64,000 bases of DNA from Candidatus Latescibacterota bacterium (GTDB taxonomy: Bacteria; Latescibacterota; UBA2968; UBA8231), in NCBI GenBank assembly GCA_965261395.1, contig OZ253462.1, positions 5,984,001 through 6,048,000 of the forward strand, in the 5' to 3' direction. This document shows, in pieces, positions 1-9,920 of this stretch (positions are counted from its first letter, which is position 1; each line of letters starts with the position of its first letter). The translations under genes and the position numbers were made by a program. The notes under the pieces were generated by a model. It was not told where the DNA came from. It searched no databases and was given only the letters and a program-made list of their open reading frames with translations.

Positions 1-2
1 CG

Positions 3-671
3 GGTCAGTTGGTCAGCTTCCCGCTGCTGCGCGAAGGCGCTTTTATCTTGAGCGGCTACAAAGGCATCGATATATGGTTCGCGCCCATTCCATACGCCGA
101 CCACGGCCGGCGCGCCCAGCTCTTCCGCGAAGTGGAGCTGACCGGGACGCGCTTCTCGTCGATTATCAAGGCCGAGCTGTTGCTGCTACCGCTGAGCTTG
201 GTTTGCGGCTTTGTGTTTTGGTCGCTGGTCTGGCAGATGGAGCCCATTCCCTCGCCGACCTTCCAATACGCGCAGACGTATTGGCACCTCATCGCGCTGC
301 GCCAGTGCTTGTGGTACTCGGCGACTTTGGGCGGAGAGACGCTTTTTGACCAGGCGATTAAGGGCTGGTGGATTTTGGGGAGTTTTGTGCTGGCCGGGGG
401 GACGTTTGGGGTTATGTCGTGGTTGGGCTTGCCGATTTCGCTGGTGTACGGGTTTGTGCGCGGCCTTGGGGGCCTGCCGCATTTGCTGATCCCGGAGATG
501 GCCGGTGCCCTGCTGGCTCGCTATTGGCTGGAGCCGCGCTTTGGGGAGCGGCAATGGCGGCAATACGCGCCGGTGTTGTTGGCTGGATACGCCTGCGGCA
601 TGGGTCTGGTGGGCATGTCGGCGGTGGCCATTGCCTTAATATCCAAGTCAGTGACTCAATTGCACTATTGA
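3..671 (+). CDS. OPT-like (oligopeptide transporter family) membrane protein, C-terminal part; 5' truncated by window edge
   Basis: Frame open from the window start; multiple TM segments; ends with YAPVLLAGYACGMGL, reminiscent of OPT-like transporter C-termini. Confidence 0.55.
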   Translation, partial: GQLVSFPLLREGAFILSGYKGIDIWFAPIPYADHGRRAQLFREVELTGTRFSSIIKAELLLLPLSLVCGFVFWSLVWQMEPIPSPTFQYAQTYWHLIALRQCLWYSATLGGETLFDQAIKGWWILGSFVLAGGTFGVMSWLGLPISLVYGFVRGLGGLPHLLIPEMAGALLARYWLEPRFGERQWRQYAPVLLAGYACGMGLVGMSAVAIALISKSVTQLHY

Positions 672-677
672 GGTCCG

Positions 678-1661
678 TCAGTTGCGCAGGGCTTGGCGGA
701 GGCCGAAGACGCGTTTGACCCAGCGGCTCTTGTAGCCTACAACCGCGTAGTACGGCACTAAATCGCAGCCAAAGCCGCGCTTGAAAAAGGCGATGCTCGG
801 TATATTGGCGCCGACGAAGTCAAAGCAGTTGTGAGCGACCGTGTCCCAGTACTGCCAATACAACAGCGAGATTGCGCCCGTGTGGTTGTACGCGGGGTCG
901 GCTCCTGCGGCCCAGGCATAGGTGGTGTCGAAACCCTCGACAAAGGCGACGACCGCGGCCGGCCCGTCCGGGGAGGCGATTGCGTACGCCTGGGCCAGAC
1001 CAGCCCCCAAGGCCGCGGCGACAAAGCGCTCGGCTGTGGCCGCGGCGACCGGGGGGCCGCCGGCTTGGTTGGCGTAGATGGCCTCGTACTGCTGCCGAAA
1101 GAGCACGACATCGCTGGTGGGCCGCAGTTGATAGCCAAGTTTTTCGGCCTTGCGAATGGCGGTGCGCGTGCGGCGCTCGGTCCGTTCCCACAGGGCGTTG
1201 CTATCGCCGAGAGGTAGCCGATAGGTATAGCGCAGGTGCGCGTCCCAGCCCTGCCAAGTGAAGGGACGCACGTCGGCGATGGCCGGTGCGTGGGTTAGGA
1301 AGACGCGGTCGTAGTGCTTGGCGAGATGGTCCATCAGGTGCGCGCAAGCGCGGTGTTGGGCTGCTTCACCTTTGGCTGGTCCTTTGCCGGGGACCGGGGC
1401 GAGAAGCAGGCCGGTATAGGGCGTCAACTCGGGAGTTTCGAGTCGGTAGAGGCCCATGCGCCGACGGGCTAGGCCGCTGATGCCAGCGACGAGGTGGTCA
1501 TTGCGATAGCAGCCGAGGCGGTGGATCTGGTCGCCGCTGGCCGCTGCCGCACAGCGGAGCCACGCGCTAGTGGAAAATACAGTGCCGCCGACGGCTTGGC
1601 GGACGAAGGTATCCCAAGCGGTGTCGTCGGCGACGAGGCGGATTTCAAAGGTGTCGGCCAC
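678..1661 (-). CDS. GNAT family N-acetyltransferase (FemAB-like/Acetyltransf_6)
   Basis: WDTFV...TVFSTSAW, RTAIRKAEK and FDFVGANIPSIAFFKRGFG motifs. Confidence 0.8.
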   Translation of the reverse strand: MADTFEIRLVADDTAWDTFVRQAVGGTVFSTSAWLRCAAAASGDQIHRLGCYRNDHLVAGISGLARRRMGLYRLETPELTPYTGLLLAPVPGKGPAKGEAAQHRACAHLMDHLAKHYDRVFLTHAPAIADVRPFTWQGWDAHLRYTYRLPLGDSNALWERTERRTRTAIRKAEKLGYQLRPTSDVVLFRQQYEAIYANQAGGPPVAAATAERFVAAALGAGLAQAYAIASPDGPAAVVAFVEGFDTTYAWAAGADPAYNHTGAISLLYWQYWDTVAHNCFDFVGANIPSIAFFKRGFGCDLVPYYAVVGYKSRWVKRVFGLRQALRN

Positions 1662-1731
1662 AGGATATTTCGCGGTTGGTGTCCAATGCGAGAGGTAAAT
1701 TGGGGCAGGATGGGCGATTGCGCCATACAGC

Positions 1732-1760
1732 TTGACATTCCCCTTGGTGCGCCATATATT
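1732..1760 (+). promoter_or_regulatory. sigma70-type promoter of the ilvC-leu operon
   Basis: TTGACA (1732-1737)-17 nt-TATATT (1755-1760). Confidence 0.75.
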
Positions 1761-1808
1761 GAAATTTTTATCGTATTAAAAGCTAACTGCTTGGATTACT
1801 TAGGTTTA

Positions 1809-1925
1809 ATGACAATGAGCGCGCCGTTCCAGTTCCCGCGTATTTTCCGCCCGACGCCAGTGTGGGCGCGCCTCCGACTTCTCCTCCTCGACCTACTGCT
1901 TATTATTGACCGACCGGTCAAGTAG
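1809..1925 (+). CDS. Putative branched-chain amino acid leader peptide (38 aa, MTMSAPFQFPRIFRPTPVWARLRLLLLDLLLIIDRPVK)
   Basis: Short ORF between the promoter and ilvC with a run of Leu/Ile codons; overlapping hairpin cctact..ttgacc/ggtcaagtagg. Confidence 0.7.
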   Translation: MTMSAPFQFPRIFRPTPVWARLRLLLLDLLLIIDRPVK

Positions 1926-2045
1926 GCTTCGCCCCTCGTTCCACTTTAACAGCCCAATTAACGGACGAAGCCGCTGCACAGCATAGGCTGTCAGCTAACT
2001 ATGTCTATAAAACAATCTCAACGCCCTCAGTGAAGGAGAATTTTC

Positions 2046-3038
2046 ATGCAGATGTACTACGACAACGACGCCAATCTCGATCTGCTCTCGGACAAGACCG
2101 TGACCGTCATCGGCTATGGCAGCCAGGGCCACGCGCATTCGCTCAACCTTGCCGAGAGCGGCGTCAAGGTGGTGGTGGGCCTGCGCGCAGGCAGCCAGCG
2201 GCGCGCTGAAGCCGAGGCCGCCGGGCTGGAGGTGGCCGATGTGGCCGAGGCCAGCAAGCGGGGCGATATCGTGGTGATCCTGATCAACGATGAAGTCCAG
2301 AAGGCCGTGTACGAAGCCGATATCCGCCCCAATCTCGCAGCGGGCAATGCCCTCGCCTTTGCCCACGGGTTTAACATCCACTTTGGGCAGGTGGTACCGC
2401 CGGCCGATGTCGATGTGTTCATGGTCGCGCCCAAAGGGCCAGGGCACTTGGTGCGCCGCGTGTACCAGCAGGGAGGTGGCGTGCCGGGCCTGTTGGCCGT
2501 GTACCAAGACGCCACCGGCCGAGCGCACGAGGTTGGCTTGGCCTATGCCAAGGGGATTGGCTGCGGCCGGGCCGGAGTTATTGAGACGACCTTCCGCGAG
2601 GAGACGGAGACCGATTTGTTCGGCGAGCAGGTGGTGCTATGCGGCGGTTTGACCGAGCTGATCCGCGCTGGGTTCGACACGCTCGTCGAGGCCGGCTACC
2701 AGCCCGAGGTCGCTTATTTCGAGTGCCTGCACGAGGTCAAGCTGATCGTCGATCTGATCTACGAGGGCGGAATCGCCAACATGCGCTCGTCGATTTCGGA
2801 TACCGCGGAGTTTGGCGACTTGACGCGCGGGCGGCGGGTGATAACCGACCAGACGCGGGCGGAAATGAAGCAGATTCTCGCCGATGTGCAGAACGGCCAC
2901 TTTGCGCGGGAATGGCTGGCCGAAAACCAAGTGGGCCGCCCGGTGTACAATGCGGTCAAGCGCCGCGATTCCGAGCACCTGATCGAGACCGTCGGCACCC
3001 GGCTGCGCGCGATGATGAGCTGGCTGGACGACAAATAG
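2046..3038 (+). CDS. ilvC: Ketol-acid reductoisomerase
   Basis: [39 protein letters not shown]; RBS aaggag. Confidence 0.98.
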   Translation: MQMYYDNDANLDLLSDKTVTVIGYGSQGHAHSLNLAESGVKVVVGLRAGSQRRAEAEAAGLEVADVAEASKRGDIVVILINDEVQKAVYEADIRPNLAAGNALAFAHGFNIHFGQVVPPADVDVFMVAPKGPGHLVRRVYQQGGGVPGLLAVYQDATGRAHEVGLAYAKGIGCGRAGVIETTFREETETDLFGEQVVLCGGLTELIRAGFDTLVEAGYQPEVAYFECLHEVKLIVDLIYEGGIANMRSSISDTAEFGDLTRGRRVITDQTRAEMKQILADVQNGHFAREWLAENQVGRPVYNAVKRRDSEHLIETVGTRLRAMMSWLDDK

Positions 3039-3064
3039 GAAAACCTTGAGAGGAGGTGAGCGCG

Positions 3065-3199
3065 ATGGAACCCCTACTTAGCGAGTTGAGTTCCGACCCC
3101 GACCTTAGATCGGTAGGCGGTCTCTGCACGGCTGGAAGGGACCATCTGCCGCTTGTATTACCTCATCCGTCCAGCCTAGGAAAGAAACATCATGGCTGA
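3065..3199 (+). CDS. Putative leuA leader/uORF (44 aa, MEPLLSELSSDPDLRSVGGLCTAGRDHLPLVLPHPSSLGKKHHG)
   Basis: Perfect SD AGGAGGTG at 3051-3058; 9 Leu codons incl. CTA/TTA/CTT; stop lies just past the leuA ATG (ATGGCTGA). Confidence 0.45.
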   Translation: MEPLLSELSSDPDLRSVGGLCTAGRDHLPLVLPHPSSLGKKHHG

Positions 3200-4757
3200 T
3201 ACAAATCGCGTATTTATTTTCGACACCACGCTGCGGGACGCTGAGCAGACGCCCGGTGCTTCGCTGACGGTGCGGGAAAAGCTGGAAGTCGCCCACCAGT
3301 TGGCGCGGCTGCAAGTCGATATTATTGAGGCCGGCTTCCCGGTGTCCTCCAACGAGGACTTTGAGGCCGTGCGCCGCATTGGGCAGGAGATCGAAGGGCC
3401 GGTAATCTGCGGACTGTCCCGCGCCATGCCCAAGGACATTGAGCGGGCCGGCGAGGCACTCCGAGACGCGCCCCGGCCGCGGATCCACACCTTTATCGGC
3501 ACGTCGGATATTCATCTCGCGGGCCAGTTGCGCAAGGGCCGGGAAGAGGTGCTGAAAATGGCAGTGACGGCGGTGGAGCAGGCCAAGTCGTACTGCGACG
3601 ATGTCGAGTTTTCGCCGATGGACGCCGCCCGCACCGAGCCTAACTACCTCAACGAGGTCGTCGCGGCGACGATTGCGGCCGGAGCGACGACGATCAACAT
3701 CCCCGACACGGTCGGTTACTCCGTGCCCGCAGAGTTTGGGGCGCTGATCGCGCAGATCATCGCTCAAGTGCCTAATAGCGACGATGCCATCATCAGCGTC
3801 CACTGCCACGACGATCTGGGCATGGCGGTAATCAATACCCTCTCCGCGATCAAAAACGGCGCACGCCAAGCCGAATGCACGATCAACGGTTTGGGCGAGC
3901 GGGCCGGCAATGCCTCGCTGGAGGAGATCGTCATGGCGCTGAAGACGCGCCAGGACTACTTCGGCTTTGATACTGAAGTAGTCTCCGAGGAAATCATCCC
4001 CACCAGCCGGCTGGTCAGTCGCTTGATGGGCATCGCAGTCCAGCCCAACAAGGCGATCGTCGGTGCCAATGCCTTTGCCCACAGCTCGGGCATCCACCAG
4101 GATGGGGTGCTCAAGCAGCGCGACACCTTTGAGATCATGGATCCGAAAGATGTGGGGCTGGAGGCTACCGAGATCGTGCTGACGGCGCGCTCGGGACGCG
4201 CTGCGCTGCGCCATCGGTTGGAGGTTTTGGGCTATGAGCTGGATCAGGCGAAGCTGGATAAGGTCTATGAGAAGTTCTTGGAACTGGCCGACAAGAAGAA
4301 GGAGATCTTCGACGAGGATCTGATCGAGATCTTCCACGACGACCCCGGCGAGGGGATAGCCTATTACGAGTTGAAGCATCTGCACGCGGTTAGCTGCACC
4401 GGAACCGTGCCCGCGGCGACGGTGCGTTTGGTCATCGCCGGTGGCGAGCCTATGGAGGGATCGGCTGAGGGCGACGGGCCGGTGGACGCTACTTATGAGG
4501 CTATTAACCGAGCTCTCGCTAGCCATCCACTAGAAGATAACGATATCCAACTAGACTACTATGCCATTCGTGCCATCACCTCCGGCAGCCAAGCACTGGG
4601 CGAGGTGACGGTCCATCTGTCGAGAAATGGAGAAAAGGCGCGGGGCCGGGGCGTTTCGACCGACGTTATCGAGGCCAGCGCCAAGGCCTATATCGACGCG
4701 TTGAACCGCTTGGCACAGAAGACGCTTGTGAATGAGGGCAGTTATCGCCCGAATTGA
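3192..4757 (+). CDS. leuA: 2-isopropylmalate synthase
   Basis: IFDTTLRDAEQTPG, HCHDDLG, GERAGNA, HSSGIHQDG; C-terminal regulatory domain with GPVDA. Confidence 0.97.
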   Translation: MADTNRVFIFDTTLRDAEQTPGASLTVREKLEVAHQLARLQVDIIEAGFPVSSNEDFEAVRRIGQEIEGPVICGLSRAMPKDIERAGEALRDAPRPRIHTFIGTSDIHLAGQLRKGREEVLKMAVTAVEQAKSYCDDVEFSPMDAARTEPNYLNEVVAATIAAGATTINIPDTVGYSVPAEFGALIAQIIAQVPNSDDAIISVHCHDDLGMAVINTLSAIKNGARQAECTINGLGERAGNASLEEIVMALKTRQDYFGFDTEVVSEEIIPTSRLVSRLMGIAVQPNKAIVGANAFAHSSGIHQDGVLKQRDTFEIMDPKDVGLEATEIVLTARSGRAALRHRLEVLGYELDQAKLDKVYEKFLELADKKKEIFDEDLIEIFHDDPGEGIAYYELKHLHAVSCTGTVPAATVRLVIAGGEPMEGSAEGDGPVDATYEAINRALASHPLEDNDIQLDYYAIRAITSGSQALGEVTVHLSRNGEKARGRGVSTDVIEASAKAYIDALNRLAQKTLVNEGSYRPN

Positions 4758-4824
4758 TCAATGTCGACGATTTGAACCGTCAGGCCGAAAAGAAAACGGA
4801 AGAATAGTGTAGAGGAGATTGGAG

Positions 4825-6222
4825 ATGGGTAAGACCCTGTTGCACAAGGTTTGGGACGCGCATACCGTGCGCGAGCTGCCTTCTGGGCAGACGCAGTTGT
4901 TCGTTGGCCTGCATCTGGTCCACGAGGTGACCAGCCCCCAGGCCTTTCAGATGCTGCGGGAGCGCGGCCTTACCGTCCGCTTCCCGCAGCGCACCTTTGC
5001 CACCGTCGATCACATCGTGCCCACGGATTTGGTGCAGCGGCCTTTTATCGACGACTTGGCCGAGGAGATGATAGACGCGATCGAGCAGAATACCGCCGAG
5101 TTCGAGATCCCGCTGTTCAACATTGACGACCAGCGTCAGGGGGTGGTGCATGTCATCGGCCCAGAGCTAGGGCTGACCCAGCCGGGCATGACCATTGCCT
5201 GCGGCGACAGCCACACTTCGACGCACGGAGCCTTTGGCGCGGTGGCCTTTGGCATTGGCACTAGCCAAGTCCGCGACGTGCTGGCCACCCAGTGCTTGGC
5301 CATGGACCCGCTCAAGGTGCGGCGGATCGAGATCAGCGGCGCGCTGAGCGAGGGGGTGTTCGCCAAGGACGTCATCTTGCACATCATCGGCCAACTCGGA
5401 GTCAAGGGCGGCGTTGGCTACGGCTATGAGTACGGCGGCTCAGTCATTGAGGCCATGTCCATCGAAGAGCGGATGACGGTGTGCAACATGTCGATTGAGG
5501 GCGGTGCCCGGGTCGGCTACGTCAATCCCGACCAGACGACGTACGACTATCTCAACGGGCGGCTCCATGCGCCGCGCAACTTTGATCCCGCGGTCGAGTG
5601 GTGGGAGTCCATGGCCTCGGACGCCAACGCCGAATACGACGACCTAGTGCAAATCGACGGCCGCGAGATCGGCCCGACTGTGACGTGGGGCATTACTCCG
5701 GGCCAATCGGTCGGCATCGGTCAGGCCCTGCCCGAGCTGGACGCTTTTGCCGACGCCGACCGCTCCACCGTCCAGGAGGCCTTCGCGTACATGGACTTTG
5801 AGCCGGGGCAGAAGATCGCCGGCACCAAGGTAGATGTGGCGTTTATCGGCTCCTGCACCAACGGCCGGCTTTCGGATCTGCGCGAGGCAGCTCGGGTCGC
5901 TCGCGGGCGCAAGGTGGCCCCCGGCGTCCGCGCCCTTGTGGTGCCTGGGTCGCAGCAGGTGCGGGCCGCAGCCGAGGCCGAGGGTCTGCACGAGATCTTT
6001 GCGGAGGCGGGGTTCCAGTGGCGGGGAGCAGGCTGCTCTATGTGTTTGGCGATGAACCCCGACAAACTCCAGGGGCGCGAGCTGTGTGCTTCGTCGTCCA
6101 ACCGCAATTTCAAGGGCCGGCAGGGCAGTCCCACCGGCCGCACCCTGCTGATGAGTCCGGCGATGGTCGCCGCGGCGGCGGTGGCTGGCGAGGTGGCGGA
6201 TGTGCGGGAATTGGTGGGGTAG
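4825..6222 (+). CDS. leuC: 3-isopropylmalate dehydratase large subunit
   Basis: [46 protein letters not shown]. Confidence 0.98.
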   Translation: MGKTLLHKVWDAHTVRELPSGQTQLFVGLHLVHEVTSPQAFQMLRERGLTVRFPQRTFATVDHIVPTDLVQRPFIDDLAEEMIDAIEQNTAEFEIPLFNIDDQRQGVVHVIGPELGLTQPGMTIACGDSHTSTHGAFGAVAFGIGTSQVRDVLATQCLAMDPLKVRRIEISGALSEGVFAKDVILHIIGQLGVKGGVGYGYEYGGSVIEAMSIEERMTVCNMSIEGGARVGYVNPDQTTYDYLNGRLHAPRNFDPAVEWWESMASDANAEYDDLVQIDGREIGPTVTWGITPGQSVGIGQALPELDAFADADRSTVQEAFAYMDFEPGQKIAGTKVDVAFIGSCTNGRLSDLREAARVARGRKVAPGVRALVVPGSQQVRAAAEAEGLHEIFAEAGFQWRGAGCSMCLAMNPDKLQGRELCASSSNRNFKGRQGSPTGRTLLMSPAMVAAAAVAGEVADVRELVG

Positions 6223-6225
6223 GGG
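6176..6225 (+). repeat. Direct repeat copy 1 (leuC 3' end)
   Basis: 50 bp identical to 9222-9271. Confidence 0.95.
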
Positions 6226-6385
6226 CTATAGTTACTGGTGCGTTTTACAAGACATGTGAATACTCAGACGACTTTGCAGGAACGCTAACTCTCTCTCGGC
6301 TCCAAGCCTCTGGTCTGGGATCGAGGGCGTCTTGCCCTCGAAACACGCTGGACGCCAAAGCCACTCTTCTAAAGAGGTTTCGCAA

Positions 6386-9190
6386 GTGCCACAGACTGCC
6401 GTTTTACATCGTTTTGCCCTGATTTCCGTCCTTGCTTTTTTCGCGATTGTTTCTCAAGTCGAGGCTTATACCTACCATTGGGAAATAGACGAAACGCCGC
6501 AGGGTGCCGAAAGCGCCAGCCTGATTGAGCCGGTACAAGTGGTCTTGTTAGATGACGTGGTCGAGGTGGCGTCGCATAGCGCCTCTTTGCAATTGATGGA
6601 GAAGTATTCGGTGCATCTTGGCACTGAATGGAGCGCAAATCACGCCTATAGTTTGCTGCGCATGTTTGAGTCCATACCTCAAGCCATGAACTATCCGGAC
6701 GACGAAGAGCCTACCGTGCCATCCTCGGTGTGGATGTTGAGCGACCGCCACATACAAAATGACATTGCGGTGGAAATTCGAGACGGTCAGCACATCGTCA
6801 CGCTTGCTCAGGAGGCGTTTACATACGCCGAACCCCTTTTGGCCGAAATTGAGGGCGTGCGCGGCCGGTTTTTCTCTAAAAGACTCCACCGGGTGGTGGT
6901 TCGGTTTGTAACGGACAACGGTGCGGATAGACTGGCGCTGGAACGTATCTTGCAAGAGCGCTACGCCGTCAGTCTAAATGTTCCAGACTATCGCGAACTG
7001 ACAAAGCACACAACCGGCGAGGACGCCGGTCGGTTTATGCCCTTCAAAAATGAAGAGCTGATGGCGCTGGCGTCCATGCTGGAGGAGTTTCCGCAAGGTA
7101 TGCGCCATACGCCGGGGCTGAACTATCTGGTTCGCCGCTTGGATGGCACGCCGCATCCCCTTTATCCAGCCGCAGGTGCTGTGGCGTGGACGAAGTCGGG
7201 CTACATCGAGTTTATGGAATCCGCTTTCAAGGAGGCTGGCCCCGCGTTCATCCATCGCCTGATTCTGCATGAAAAGGCGCACTTTTTGTGGGAGCATCTG
7301 TTTGATGAACAACTCAAAGAGGATTGGATTGAACTTGGTGGCTGGTATAGAACCTCAGAGGGAGCAAATCAAGATTCTGAAAATGCAGACTCAAACTCGG
7401 CCTGCGAAGAGGCGAACTCGCTATTTGCCATCCTTGAGCAGGGGTGTGTTGATGAACTCTTTGCTAGCTATGCCGTCTCAGACGACGCGGATGACTGGGC
7501 AACCACCAAGCAGACTGAGTTTGTCTCGGCGTATGCCCATGCGCACAATCCGGATGAGGATATGGCGGAGAGCATCAGTTTCTACATCGTCAACCCCGAC
7601 AAGCTGCGCTCGCGCTCTCCGGCAAAGTACGAGTTTATCCAAAATCGGATTATGCACGGTACGCGCTATCTATCGCAGATCCGTGAGGACTTGACGTTTA
7701 AGGTGTACAACCTGTATCCCGATGTGGTGTATCCGGGGCGGATTATCCGGGTGGACATACAGGTCGATGGCGAGCCCGAGGAGGATAAGCGAATAACGGT
7801 AGAGATCGAACTCCATAGAGAAAGCGACTTTGATATGGCCCAAGCGTCTTGGGTCCGAGTTTTCAGTGAAAAAGGATCCTATTTTGAGATCGGGATGGGC
7901 CCGATTGGACCCAATGGCAATCACGTCTCTGCGGGGCATATTTTGCGCGGACATCATACCCTTTCCAAGTATGCGGCAAATGGGTACTGGGCCCCAGACC
8001 AAATTACCCTTCGAGATGCTCAGGGCAATGAGCGGCATGAAGCTCAAACGGATTTTGGTTGGAAATTGTATATTGACAATCCGCTCGCGGATGATGAAGC
8101 ACCGATTTATGTCAAAAACTCGATGCGACTCTCTTCACGGGAGGCGACCAAAGGAGGAAGGCCGTATCAAATTGTGACCGCTCGTTGGCAGCTTTTTGAA
8201 GAGAATGGTGTAAACAGGGTCTTGGCGATGCTGAACGATGGGGACTTAGAAACCTATTCTCGTCGTGTGGAAGCCTGGGGAGATTGGTATCCAGAAACCG
8301 GTTATGATCCAGAAACCGGCGAAGCGAGTGTTGCACTCGTGATCCCGGATTACTACCCAAGTGGTATATGGAAACTCAACCATATCGTGATGGAGGATAT
8401 CGCGTTAAACTCTCGGAGTGTATATTTCACCAACTCGGGGATTGATGAGTTGCCGGCCTCTATTAATATCCAGACAAAAAATCCAGATACTACCCCGCCT
8501 GTATTAGATATAAATCAAATTACAATTGAGGCCGAGCCGACCAATCCAGCAGCACCAAACGGTGAAACACAGGTCGATATTAACTTTAGAGTCAAAGATA
8601 ATATTAGCGGATATAGCTCGACGGACATGCTTTTACGCGACCCCCAAGGCGTAGAGCATTTTTTTAGACATCATGGTCCGTCCTTTGACAAAGTCCATTT
8701 CGTCTATTTCTCCGGGGATCCGACGGTTTATCAGACCTATCAGCAGACGATTATCTTGCCGGTCGGCAGCGTCCCCGGTATCTGGGGACTTGCTGAAATG
8801 ACGGTGTGGGACAAGGCGCAGAACAAGCTTCAGGCGAACTTTACCGAGATCGTCCGTTTTGAGGTCGAACCAGCGAGTGCCAAACCGGTGGCGATGGCCG
8901 AGGCGTTGCCCGATGGTCCTCAATTGCAGCAAAACGCGCCCAATCCGTTCAACAGCCAGACCGTCATTCCGTATTTCCTGCTGGAACCGGGTGCAGCGCG
9001 CCTAGAGGTGTTTGCGTTGACCGGACAGCGGGTAGCGGTCTTGAACCAAGGGCCGCAGCAGGCCGGCCACTATCGCCTCCACTGGGATGGTCGCAATCGC
9101 GAGGGCCGTCCGCTGGCCAGTGGCACCTATCTGTATCGACTGGTGACCGCCGAGGGCGTTCTCACGCGCAAGCTCACTCTGCTGCGGTGA
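6386..9190 (+). CDS. Large secreted putative zinc metallopeptidase (HEXXH) with C-terminal FlgD-Ig/T9SS-like sorting domain
   Basis: Signal peptide after GTG 6386 (start uncertain; ORF open from 6332); ILHEKAH plus downstream EDMAES; C-terminus QNAPNPFN...WDGRN...SGTYLY; more AT-rich than flanks. Confidence 0.7.
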   Translation: MPQTAVLHRFALISVLAFFAIVSQVEAYTYHWEIDETPQGAESASLIEPVQVVLLDDVVEVASHSASLQLMEKYSVHLGTEWSANHAYSLLRMFESIPQAMNYPDDEEPTVPSSVWMLSDRHIQNDIAVEIRDGQHIVTLAQEAFTYAEPLLAEIEGVRGRFFSKRLHRVVVRFVTDNGADRLALERILQERYAVSLNVPDYRELTKHTTGEDAGRFMPFKNEELMALASMLEEFPQGMRHTPGLNYLVRRLDGTPHPLYPAAGAVAWTKSGYIEFMESAFKEAGPAFIHRLILHEKAHFLWEHLFDEQLKEDWIELGGWYRTSEGANQDSENADSNSACEEANSLFAILEQGCVDELFASYAVSDDADDWATTKQTEFVSAYAHAHNPDEDMAESISFYIVNPDKLRSRSPAKYEFIQNRIMHGTRYLSQIREDLTFKVYNLYPDVVYPGRIIRVDIQVDGEPEEDKRITVEIELHRESDFDMAQASWVRVFSEKGSYFEIGMGPIGPNGNHVSAGHILRGHHTLSKYAANGYWAPDQITLRDAQGNERHEAQTDFGWKLYIDNPLADDEAPIYVKNSMRLSSREATKGGRPYQIVTARWQLFEENGVNRVLAMLNDGDLETYSRRVEAWGDWYPETGYDPETGEASVALVIPDYYPSGIWKLNHIVMEDIALNSRSVYFTNSGIDELPASINIQTKNPDTTPPVLDINQITIEAEPTNPAAPNGETQVDINFRVKDNISGYSSTDMLLRDPQGVEHFFRHHGPSFDKVHFVYFSGDPTVYQTYQQTIILPVGSVPGIWGLAEMTVWDKAQNKLQANFTEIVRFEVEPASAKPVAMAEALPDGPQLQQNAPNPFNSQTVIPYFLLEPGAARLEVFALTGQRVAVLNQGPQQAGHYRLHWDGRNREGRPLASGTYLYRLVTAEGVLTRKLTLLR

Positions 9191-9209
9191 ATGGCCGCCT
9201 TGAACTACT

Positions 9210-9271
9210 TGCTGAGGAGTCCGGCGGTGGCTGGCGAGGTGGCGGATGTGCGGGAATTGGTGGGGTAGGGG
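9210..9271 (+). repeat. Direct repeat copy 2: second copy of the leuC 3' end
   Basis: Encodes [18 protein letters not shown], i.e. the leuC C-terminus with an 18-nt in-frame deletion; 9222-9271 identical to 6176-6225. Confidence 0.95.
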
Positions 9272-9316
9272 TATCGGGGGATTGTCAAAACGGACCGATT
9301 GCAACGGAGGTATCTG

Positions 9317-9625
9317 ATGACAGAGATGCTCGAAAGCAAGCTCGACGCTATCGCGCAAGCCTGCAAACGCCATGGTGCAACTCGGTTGGATGCCTTTGGA
9401 TCGGCTCTGCGCGATGATTTCCACCCCGGTCAGAGCGACGTGGATCTATTGGTCGAACTTGGCCCGATGGAACCGTATGCGCGAGTCGATGCCTACTTCG
9501 GCCTGCTGGAAGACCTCAGAGCTATACTAGGAAAGCAGGTTGATCTGGTCGTTTTAGGAGCTGTGAAGAACCGCTATATCGCTCGCGACATTGAGCAGAC
9601 GAAGCAATTGTTGTATGCCGCGTGA
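9317..9625 (+). CDS. Minimal nucleotidyltransferase (MNT antitoxin family)
   Basis: FGSALRDDF..SDVDLLV and VDLV motifs, LYAA end; RBS ggagg. Confidence 0.9.
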   Translation: MTEMLESKLDAIAQACKRHGATRLDAFGSALRDDFHPGQSDVDLLVELGPMEPYARVDAYFGLLEDLRAILGKQVDLVVLGAVKNRYIARDIEQTKQLLYAA

Positions 9626-9677
9626 TGCAAAAGGAGACAAACGTGATGAACGAATCAGCAATCCGACTCCGTATTGA
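9615..9677 (+). pseudogene. Possible 5' stub of the HEPN/DUF86 partner toxin
   Basis: ATG overlapping the MNT end reads MPRDAK, a typical DUF86 start, then reaches a stop after 20 codons. Confidence 0.45.
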
Positions 9678-9852
9678 GCCCTTAGAAAAAGGTGGCTTTC
9701 TCGCCACGAGCCCTGATGTCCCGGGCTTGGTTGCGGAAGGACGTAGCGTCACCGAGGCCGCTGAGATTGCACAAGGTCTCGTACGCAAAATTGCAGAGTC
9801 GTGCATTGAACACGGCGACCCGCTTCCTAGCGCATTGGCAAGTATTCCATGA
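9646..9852 (+). CDS. HicB-like/DUF1902 antitoxin, no hicA partner
   Basis: GGFLATSPDVPGLVAEGRSVTEA...HGDPLP partial RNase H fold signature. Confidence 0.8.
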   Translation: MNESAIRLRIEPLEKGGFLATSPDVPGLVAEGRSVTEAAEIAQGLVRKIAESCIEHGDPLPSALASIP

Positions 9853-9920
9853 GAGGGGCCAAGGAATGAAGGGCTGTGAAGCTGAGACCGTTCAATTGTA
9901 GGTGCATTTAAGGAGACACA

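Noticed and set aside
4490-4640. Lower-GC patch in the leuA regulatory domain as a recombined segment
   Set aside because: Impression by eye only; no boundaries or repeats support it.
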